Shown here one piece after another: positions 50,301-60,654 of a DNA stretch of 64,000 bases. Position numbers and translations under genes: made by a program. Position 1 is the first letter of the stretch, and each line of letters opens with the position of its first letter. The notes beneath the pieces are model-generated. The model saw only the letters and a program-made list of their open reading frames with translations. It had not been told where the DNA came from and made no database searches. The DNA comes from Bugula neritina (lineage: Eukaryota > Animalia > Bryozoa): contig OZ037771.1 in assembly GCA_964035545.1 (NCBI GenBank), positions 4,475,628-4,539,627 of the forward strand. Reading direction: 5' to 3'.

Positions 50301-53300
50301 CTATTGAACTTGTGGCATCCCTTTTGGAAAAATCAACTCGGTGGAAAAACTGAATGTCATGACTTTTGAGTTCTATTGATTGCCAGATGCAGCATTCACT
50401 TCCCTCGGGAGTTGTGTGCGCTATGTTAGGGTATCGTCTTCTATACGCTGCCATTCATTTCATTCATTTATTATTCATGCGTGTAGAAGGGTCTGTGTTA
50501 GCTGTCTAATAGGTCTATCACTAGCAGGCAATAAGTCATACACCCAGCTTCCATAGACGTAGTGCAACATGTCTGATTATAACAGTGAAGTATCAGAATG
50601 GTGCTCTGTTTCATGTCGAAAATAACTCTTGAGTGAAATTGTGTTAATAGAACTGCATTTGAATAAGTTCATCTTATAGTAGGTGGCACAGGTGTTTGCA
50701 GTTGATTATGTCTGCGTGTTTGGGAGAGTTTCTCTTTGATAAGCTCCCATGTTGCAGCATTAACTCACTTGATTAGTTCAATTCTCGGATGTAGAAGAAC
50801 AGAAACTTCATTTCCAATGCTAAATGCCGGTAACTAGGCGAATTGTTTACATGTTGCCATAGTAATGAGTTGACTGTGTTGTAGTGGAGAACACGGCCAA
50901 TCACAGGGAAACTTCTGTTGTTTCAAGACCCACCGAGTCTACCAAACAGGCTCTAGCTGACCTTGAGCAAAAGTTAGTCACCCTTTTTGTGTCTATTTGT
51001 TGGTTTAACTGCCAGATTCTGTTCTATTCAATACAATAAGATTGTGTATGGAGTATTTCTCCCGCCTGTCTCCTATAATAACTGTGTTTGGTTTCTCCAA
51101 CTAGGTACAAGTCATTTCTGGTGCAAAACAAACAGCTTGCAGAGTCTGAAGCTGATCATATCAATACGGGGGTGTGTCCTCCCCCTCCTCCCAGATCTCC
51201 TCCTGACAAAGGTGCTGCGCTACGGGACTCTTTACCACCTGCACCATGTATTCCTCCGCCTTCTCAATTTGTTGGGACTTCTACAGGTGACAATGAGACA
51301 GGTGAGGCTGTACTCTACTGTAGTCTAACAGAGGGGTTTAGGGACGGGGGGGGGTGTGTTACATCTATCCACCACTTGCATAGATATACTGAAACACTCT
51401 GGGTTGGTAAATATCTCATTAGCAGGCTTTTGTGCATATTTCAAAAATTCAATAAATAATTTTAACCACTATACAGAATGTCTATTTTTTTATCAAACAG
51501 CACCCTGTGTAGCCCTCCCCCTCCCAAATATGTGGCAGCACCCTGTATGTTACGGCATCATACAGTGAGAGCATATGTATAGTTTTGATATATACAATGC
51601 TACATATTAAACACATTGAAGTCTAATGTGTCTACAATATAATCCCTATTAACACCTCGCACTGGGCACACTTCAAGGTCTTCGCCTTATGTTAAATTTT
51701 TATTGATTAATTGTTTGGATAAACAAAGGTGTGAGTATATTATACTATAACTCTGTACAACTGCTAGCAGATGCTGCAGTGCCCTGTGGGTGTTACAGAC
51801 CACCTCTTGCTTCTCTTGTGCACCTAGTTTAGCAGCACTTGCTTGTCATTTGTTACATAATAGGCAGCTAGGAGAGGTGAGTTGCTTTCTACCTGTATTC
51901 TTATTATATATTTTTGCTGAAGTGTTGAGCTATTGAGGGGTTTCACTTTAACAAGTGTTCACAGAGTTCTGCAATGTTGTAGACTGCTGATTGTAAAAAT
52001 CAATTTCATGGTTTTGTTGCTTCTGTGACCACTGATACCTTTTTTATAATAAAAACCTACAAAAAAGTTTCAAACAGATATATTATGTACATTGTAAGGT
52101 ATGGTGGGTGTTAGTGTACTCTTATTATGTTTATGTATTTGTTGTGAAATATGTCTTGTAAATCGTATTATAATAGCTACTGTTAAGACTTGTGTTGTTT
52201 ATTGTGTTTAGATTGTTTAAATCGTATATTATGTTATTTATTGTAGCCGTGGATTCTACAAGTTCAACACCTATTGAGAGTACTGGGGCTAAGGCTATGA
52301 CTTCTATAATCACATCACACAAAGCTACTAAGTCTACAAAGTTGGCCTCCCCATTCACTTCTGTGAGGTTGAGGCCAATTAGACAGAGAACCAGAAATGC
52401 TATTGTAAGTGTCTACCACATCATACTCTTAAGTCTAAATTATATATCAAGCTGTATATGATAGTCTATATTCATGAGTCATATACACCTCATACAGCTT
52501 GTTGACATTGGAAAGTGGGTTTCACTGCCTGTCTACCTTTCATTTAATGAGATGTGTACAAGTTCTGGCATTTCTACATGTGGTGCTTGTGAGTTGCTTA
52601 TTTCTGTGTTGTAACTCAGTAGTGAAGACAACTCTGCAGTAGACTCTGCAGTAGAGTCTGCAGTAGACTCTGCAATGCTCAATACCATTTGAGACATGGT
52701 CTGTATTCTAGTATGTGGATAACAGTACATACAGGCTATCTAGTATTCTGTACACTCCCCACTACAATTCCTTGTCATAAAAGCATAATTTGCCTAATAT
52801 CGAAAGTTGTGTTCTCTTGGTAATAAAGTATTGCCTCTGGCCATTTGCTATAATATAGTTGTGAAGATATTTTGCTATGCTATGCGTTTTTTTCTTTATA
52901 CATGACTGTTTCTGATTGCAAGCTTGGGCTAACAATAGCCAATCATTTTTCTCCTAAGATAGTTTTATATTCCAGTATGCTGCATATAGTGATTAATATG
53001 TACACTACATATTATATAGTAACATATTCATATTAATATAATACACTACATCATATATAGTAGCATATTGATATAGTATATTACATATATAGTAACATAT
53101 TAATATAATACACTACATAATATATAGTAGCATATTAATATAAAATACTACATAATATAGTAACATATTAATATATTATAATACATCACATTTTAGTGTA
53201 TTATATTACACTGTATCGTATATAGTTTAATACAGTTGGTGATTGAGAGAAATACCCTGCTGGTTAATTAATACACTATACAGGCTTGGCTGTAGATTGC

Positions 53301-56300
53301 AATGCATGTATACTGCATGATGTCACAACTCCCATGTTGTATATCTAATATAAAATGAAGCTACATAGTCTCACAAATAACCTATGTGTAGAGTTGCGGA
53401 CTATTTGTATACCTGCTGCCAGTCATTATCCTGCAATATTTCAACAGGTGATCTTCTAGTAGTGACCAATAAGCAATTAAAAGTGGATTTTAATGTGAAA
53501 TTTAAATTTTGTTAGATAGAGTAATTAGTTAAAATAATTAGAATATTATTCCATCAAGATTGGAAAAGTTTGCCCATAAATGAAGCAAAGCTTCTTGAGA
53601 AATTTAAATGTTGTTGAAGTGTTTTTAATTTTACTCCAGTATTCAGGCTTTACAAGTAATTAAAAGGATTTAGAGTGCTACAGCACCTGTTCTAGTAGCT
53701 AGATATTAGGCTTACAATTAATATTACAACACTTGTGTCTATTGAATAATTGCCACTCAGTCATCTGTGATATCACGGCTGATTTATTCTAAATTAATTA
53801 ATTTAGTTTTATGCTAATAAAAACTATTTGTAATTTTATAATAAATGTAATGAAAGTAGGTAATTTTAATAAGTGTAAAATAAAATAATATGCATGATGT
53901 ATGACCAGAAATATAGAAGCACACTTGCATTTGGGTGTTAGAAAATACACACAACATTTGACACAAATTTGACAAAATAAACATAACAACTAGCAAAGGG
54001 TTCAGAAATTAACAAATGGTTCTGTTTCTAATGCTAATTTTTTTGCTGTTGTAAATTTACTTTTATTCATTACTAATAATTGGTGCTGTACCATGTTTAC
54101 TAATTTTTAATTAAATATTTGAAAGAGATGATAACTCATAAGACTAAAATTAAAATAATACATTTTTGCCAGTGCCTTTACAGACTTCATTTCTTAGCTT
54201 TGATCTGTCCATTTAATGCAGAAAAAAAATATTGCATATAATTTTAGTAGTTTTCTGTATCCTCTATAATCTACTTATATTATTTATATTATATTATAAT
54301 GTACTTATATTATATTACATTTAGTCTGTGGACACAATTTGATCAATGCTAATAAGTTGCCCTCTAGCTTGTGTTGCCCTCTACCTTGTGTTGCCCTCTA
54401 GCTTGTGTTGCCCTCTAGCTTGTGTTGCCCTCTAGCTTATGTTGCCCTCTAGCTTGTGTTGCCCTCTAGCTTATGTTGCCCTCTAGCTTGTGTTGCCCTC
54501 TAGCTTGTATAAACTATATTCTATTTTCTCAGCTGAACATTCTGGAAGACAGCACCGTCTGCGTAGAGTTCCTCAAGTCAAAGTCACCAGATGCTGCTGT
54601 TTCGGAGGTCATAAGAATATCGTCTGATGGTCACAAGGTCAGTCATGCTATACTAGCTACTGCTACATGCTATACTAGCTACTGCTACATGCTATACTAG
54701 CTACTGCTACATGCTATACTATCTACTGCTACATGCTATACTATCAACTGCTACATGCTATACTAGCTACTGCTACATGCTATACAAGTTACTGCTACAT
54801 GCTATACTAGCTACTGCTGCATGCTATACAGGCTGCTACTACTACTACTTCTACTACTACTGCTAATTACTGCTGCTACTACTGCTGCCAGTGCTACTAC
54901 AGGCTTTTACTGCTACTGGCCAAGGTGTTTGGCCGCTGTGCATCCTAGTTGTGATTGTTGCAAAGCTCACTGAAACCAGAAACTTTTCCTAACCTACTCA
55001 ACACCAACTTTAGATTGAAAAGTTTACTTTTTTCTCTGAAAGTAACCGAAGCTACCACCTAGCTTAGGTGTGGTTTGTCTGTAATAATTATAGCATTTAG
55101 TGATGTTTAGTGTAGTTGGATTTTTGTTTCAACAAATTGTGATTTGCATAAGTTGAAATATTCCTTTATATATTGACTGGGGATTAATGAGCAAACAAAT
55201 AAAATTAAAAAATGTATTAATTTCTTGCAACCTTTAGCCCAGGTTGCATATATGCAACACCATCTTGTGTAATTATTCAATATACCATGTATTGTTACAT
55301 CTTCTGTGGTACTGAGTCTTCTATCAGATTTTCCAGTAGCTCTTGTAATCAGTTTGATAACTAAATTGAGTTTTATTCTATTGTTTCTCAAACACCTGCA
55401 ATGGTTTGTAGTCCAGTTTTGTCTGTTCCACATTGTAAACCAAACATTGTTTTCTGTTTTGAGAAAAGTTTGATTTGAATCTCAGTAGTTGATTTTGAAG
55501 CTAGACTTTGCAAACATTAGCTGGCTTGTTGTGAAGCTGGTAAGCTGTGGGTTTGTATTTCTACTGTTGACTCTCACACATAGTCACGTATGTTGGCTTC
55601 CCCTGAAAATGTCTTTGTTTGCTTAAATCTGCCGCTTGTTTGAATATGGTAGTTTGGTTTTTCAATTGTTACTTGTTCAAAAAGCTGGGTGGCCAACTAT
55701 TATTGCACACTAAAGCTAAATGTAAAGTGGTATTTTTATAATCGAACATTTAAAAATTATTATTGCACACTAACTATTATTGCACACTAACACTGAACGT
55801 AAAATGGGGTTTTTATAATTAGGCTTTCAAAAAGAGTAACCAACTACAAACAACTAGTCTTATAGCCCATCCTTTGCTTATTCTGTAATCGAAAATATGG
55901 AATGGCATTTGATTTAAACAAGTGTATTATAACATAAGTTTAAAAAGTGAGGTTTTCTAATGGCATTCTAATGTCTTAAAACTTGCCAGCCATGCATGTG
56001 GTTACTGTAGTTTACTCTGTCTTGATATGCTAGGTTATTGTCTACAAGCCTAGTAAAGGAGTGGATACAAGTGATCACATAAACTCCCCCAGCGCTGTTC
56101 CACCACTTTTCTCTCAGTATACCTATGACTCATTGCCCAGAAGATACTGGAAGAAATACAACTATGCTGAGAGGTAAAATCTTCCACTTACATAAAGCAA
56201 ATGCTTGCTTTGCACCTTGCAGGGGCACTCAACTCCATGTGCCTTCAAGTAAAGGAAAACTGTCTTATGAGTAGTTCATATAGTTGCATTTTTGTCAATA

Positions 56301-58649
56301 CATTTGCGTCAATAGTTAAATGTTTTTAAAATTGTTATTTTCTAAGCTTTCGAAAATCATCATGAGAATCTTACGAGTTTTGAGTTGGCGCCTCACTTAG
56401 CTGCTATTGCTGCCAGTGCTGCCATAGGTGACAATTTCTCAGCACGAGGTATGCTTAGCTAAGAATGTTTGCTCTGCAGGTTCATCTCTATGGTGAAGAT
56501 TGTGACTCCTAAAGTGACGTACTTCTCTGAGCAGGCTAAGTGCATGCTGATGGAGGCGCCCCAAACATTTGAGGCCGTCTTCTACCAGGGGCCTAAGTTT
56601 ACTATGACAGGAAGCAGTGTCAAGGTCATAAACAGTTCCGGCATGAATATCACCATAGAAACAGAGTCAGACTCCAAACTGCTGTCCGCAGAGATGCAAG
56701 ACATGTGGCAGCATGTGAGGATGGTAAGTGGTGGATGTGTGTCATACTTGAGCTCTTGGTCTTGAGTTTGCACACCTTTTTAAATGTGCTTTGGGAATGT
56801 GTGGGCCATGGTACTCTGTTCTGTGCTGATGAGGAGACAAATCCCGAAACAGCTGCTCTCCACAGATTGAGATATATAAATGCGTGCGTGTGGGTGTATA
56901 ATATGCTATGAAATAGTCATGAGTTTCATATATTGTATAGTAATATATAGTAATGAGTATAACAATGTAACATATAGTAATATATAGTAATGAGTATAAC
57001 ATGGTAACATATAGTAATATATAGTAATGAGTATAACATGGTAACATATAGCTATATATAGTAATGAGTATAACATGATAACATATCCTACTCTCTAGTG
57101 TAAAGACCACTGTCAGTCTCTGGAGAGTTTGCTAGAAAATGCCGGAAGAGCCCTCCTATCTGCCACCCACTTTCCGACCATCATTGGTAACAGAACTCTT
57201 TCTAGTAGCAGAACTTTGTGCAAACAAGACGCTAAACGCACACCACCACCCAGTAAACCGTACTCACCGGTTTCTCCCACTATAGAACCTTGCAACGTAA
57301 GTTCACTCTTTCTCTCACTTGATTGCTTGAACAAGCTGTGAATGTTACGCATAGTTATGGGTAGAAGAAAGCAGTCATTCCAATGCATAGTATCATAATT
57401 TAGATCTTTTATTAATTATCTGCCGAATAAACCCCCAAATGCAATTAATTTATATTCATACAACTTTGACAGTCAAGTATATATCTAATGTAAGAAGATG
57501 TCTTCTGTGGTGAGAATATTAGATCCAACCAGAAATATTCCTGATATGACTCATCAGTTGCTAGAGCAGTGTGAGGTGCTAGTGCTAGTTGTTACTTCAT
57601 CTTTTACCTGAGTTGTATTTATTCCTCTCTCTCTCTCTCTTCAGATCGGCTCTTTCAACGGCTCACTGGCCAGTCACATGACTAGTCACATGACCCAGCA
57701 GCCTCTCTCCTCCACTCTCATCACCCCCTCCTTCAACCCCCCTTCCCAACATACCAACAGCCGTGCAGCTTCAATAAAAGTTTCCACCACGGAAAGTCGT
57801 GTGCTGTCGGCAGGTAAACCCTCTAACAGTGACCAGAGGAGAAGCACCGCACTGTCCACCTCGCCAACCACCACCGACCTCTCCTACAGCTCCAGTCTCA
57901 CTCTGCACCGAGTCTACCTGCAAGGTGAGCTTTCTTCTGTCACCTGGGCTCGGCTGCTGTGGGTTCAAAGGTCGCTTACTTAATGATGAGATCATAATAC
58001 TTTACTCACTATTTTCACTATTGTTGAAGAAATGTGATAGAAATTGTTTATACTTTTGAGGTTGAGACAAGAGTTGTAGCATAGTTCAGTGTACGTTATT
58101 CTCTTCTAGGCACAGGCTGGGTCAGTCAGCTGACTAACGGCTCCCTCTGGTGTCACTTTGACGACGGAGATCAGCTGGCTATTCACCCTCACCAGTCTCC
58201 CATGCAGTACATAACTGCGGACGGCGTCTCATCCAGGTACCGTCTCTCTCTGTCTCTTAGTTAGTTAGTATCAACATATTAGTCAGTTGGTGTCCACATA
58301 TTAGCCAGTTAGTGTCAAAACATTAGTCGGATGGTATCAACATATTAGTCAGTTGGTATCCACATATTAGTCAGATGGTATTGACATAATAATCAATTTA
58401 GAGTATTCCAGTTGTCAGATATCAGCTATAGTTTTGACAATTTCTATGTAATATAAGTCATTTGAGAGAATATTATGTTGACTGATAGAATGTACTCTGG
58501 CAGGTGTGTAATAGTCATCACAAGGTAACCTCTACACTGTATACTGTATTATCTCTAGGTTCACTACATCTGACGTCATACCCGCTGGAGTTAGGGAGAA
58601 ATTGAAGCTCCTCCCCCAAGCTATCTCCGCCCTATCCGCTTGTTCTTAG
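44163..58649 (+). CDS. PLK4: Polo-like kinase 4 (centriole duplication kinase), 18 coding exons, about 932 aa
   Basis: Exons 44163-44174, 45184-45350, 46379-46518, 46905-47106, 47603-47792, 48362-48463, 48560-48777, 49010-49149, 50885-50972, 51105-51301, 52247-52404, 54533-54637, 56034-56173, 56480-56723, 57099-57296, 57645-57924, 58110-58236, 58559-58649 (2799 nt, all GT-AG). Kinase motifs [38 protein letters not shown]; degron DSGRFT; cryptic polo box ([31 protein letters not shown]); PB3 ([18 protein letters not shown]). Confidence 0.97.
47211..47340. repeat. (CA)n microsatellite
   Basis: Directly visible. Confidence 0.95.
54356..54508. repeat. Minisatellite, 9 x 17 bp (GTTGCCCTCTAGCTTGT)
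   Basis: Units counted directly; ends 24 nt before PLK4 exon 12. Confidence 0.95.
54644..54830. repeat. Minisatellite, about 8.5 x 22 bp (CATGCTATACTAGCTACTGCTA)
   Basis: Directly visible; starts just after the exon 12 donor and decays into (CTA)n. Confidence 0.93.
56820..56866 (+). ncRNA. Hammerhead ribozyme-like motif in PLK4 intron 14 (core intact, stem III mismatch)
   Basis: tctgtg-CTGATGA-ggaga(caaa)tccc-GAAA-cagctgct-CTC|cacaga. 6-bp stem I tctgtg/cacaga. Paralogous to 21949-21993. Confidence 0.7.
56935..57086. repeat. Minisatellite, about 4 x 37 bp (TATAGTAATATATAGTAATGAGTATAACATGGTAACA)
   Basis: Directly visible; ends just before the PLK4 exon 15 acceptor. Confidence 0.88.
58266..58392. 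repeat. Degenerate minisatellite, about 22-bp unit (TGGTATCAACATATTAGTCAGT)
   Basis: About 5-6 copies visible after PLK4 exon 17. Confidence 0.85.
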
Positions 58650-58736
58650 TACAGCCTCCTTATTTTTATTTAAAACCTCAAGATTTTATTTTTCTTATTA
58701 TTGATCTCCTGTATTATAGTATGTATATACCTGTAA

Positions 58737-58742
58737 AATAAA
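58737..58742 (+). terminator. Probable PLK4 polyadenylation signal
   Basis: AATAAA about 90 nt after the stop codon, followed by GT-rich sequence. Confidence 0.55.
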
Positions 58743-59594
58743 TGAGAATATGAACAAAAGATTTCAGTTGCTGAGTTTGTTGTAATTTTATCCCCACTGC
58801 TGTTGATGTTGTACAGTTTGCCTGTAAGTTATTTTTTGTTACAAGAACTTGTATGCTTGTTGTTTTCCTTATTTATTGTGGAATGATTTTACTAAAATAT
58901 ATTTTCTTTATTTCGAGCTATGATTCTGTATATTATAATTAATTTATTGATGCCATCATGAGTACTAGCTATAACTTCTTGTTTTACTAGAGATTTTAGC
59001 ATCAGCTGTGAAATCTTTGTTTTTATGTATAAACATTGTGGAGTTATTTCTCCTTGGAAATAGTAAGCTAATATGCAAGCATGTTACTGACTGCAGTAAA
59101 GATGCCCAATAAAAATATCTGCCCATATATCGTTGCAATAATCATTCGCACTTGTTATTTTATCAGCATTTATGTTGAACTACGCATAATGATAAATATT
59201 TTAATAGCGAAAGTGAAAAGTCTGAAAGCTTGTATTCAAGTTCAACATTCGTCTATTATCTGCACAATATTCCCTGGTTGACATGAATATTCCATGTACC
59301 ATTGGGACATAGTCTATTATTGCATAAACAAGCCACTCCTGCACTGGAGAGAAAGGAAAGTGTAGCTTACAACTCATCATGAATTCGTCTTTTTCCTACC
59401 ATCACTGATACCAGCCATAGTTCTAGCAACAACAATGATAAACTCAAAGATGGCGAGTTTTGTAGACCATAAGGTATGCACGACCAGTAAAAGCCTACGC
59501 AAGCATTTTCATTGCTGATGAAGACAATCACAATTTGTAAGCGGACTTGATTAGATTGCTGATGAGTTAAATTTCAACACTTCTGAAAAATAAC

Positions 59595-59667
59595 TGCCCC
59601 CCATGGGATTCGAACCCAAGACCTGTGGCTTGCAAGCAAGTGTGCTAACCATTACATCACGTGGACC
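59595..59667 (-). pseudogene. tRNA-like sequence (Ala-TGC-like pseudogene or SINE head)
   Basis: GGTCCACGTGATGTAATGGTTAGCACACTTGCTTGCAAGCCACAGGTCTTGGGTTCGAATCCCATGGGGGGCA. A box, good T arm and B box, but a weak acceptor stem and an unpaired anticodon stem. Confidence 0.65.
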
Positions 59668-60250
59668 ACTGGGTAAGGTCCTTACTACAACTTCAATTAG
59701 TAGTTTCTGCTGATTTCTTAAAAGTGATAAATTATTTTTTTTCATAAGTAAGCCCATTGACACTTGAAGCTTAGAATAACGACGGAGTTCCTTTACGTGA
59801 TGCTATTATGTTTGTCTTGTTAGATCGCCTAACTTCTATTATAGACATCAATGTACTGAACAATTGTTAATTATTCATGTCTGCTCATATACAGAACAAT
59901 GAAATCCTTTAACCAAGTGGGGAATTTCAAATAATTTATTTGGTGAATGTTATATTGAGAGCTATGAAATATTAAATTGTTTTTTCTAGATCAATATGGC
60001 AACTTGAATGACAGCCCATATGCTAACGAAATCCCATGAGGACAAAATACATTGCTATTCATTATATTGCGAAAGTTATCATTCATGGACCGAATTGAAA
60101 ATAAAGATTTGTTGCTTGTGTATTTTGCTCAGTCGACAACTGCCAGTCGATATTGTTTGTTTATCAACAAGTTTTACTAAAAACTGTATCAGCAAGTCAC
60201 TGAGGAGCTTTGGAGTTGGTTGATGACTTTTGCTGAATCTGCCACCCACC

Positions 60251-60326
60251 ATGCGTGAGTTTTTGCTTTTTTGTCTTTTTCTATGATGTATATGAAAATA
60301 AATATAAATATGCATATAAAAATAAA

Positions 60327-60369
<43 letters not shown>

Positions 60370-60374
60370 GTATG

Positions 60375-60408
<34 letters not shown>

Positions 60409-60425
60409 CATATATATATACATAC

Positions 60426-60479
<54 letters not shown>

Positions 60480-60506
60480 CTACATATATATATATATATA
60501 GATATG

Positions 60507-60539
<33 letters not shown>

Positions 60540-60572
60540 GTATGTATATATATATGTATGTATATATATATG

Positions 60573-60654
<82 letters not shown>

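Noticed and set aside
51328-51547. Possible Tc1/mariner-type MITE ending caccctgta
   Set aside because: The left terminus does not match well enough and no TSD is confirmed.
54356-54830. Regular short repeats resembling a CRISPR array
   Set aside because: Head-to-tail units with no unique spacers, in a eukaryotic intron with no cas genes.
59595-59667. Functional tRNA-Ala(TGC)
   Set aside because: The anticodon stem does not pair and the acceptor stem is mismatched; kept only as a pseudogene or SINE head.
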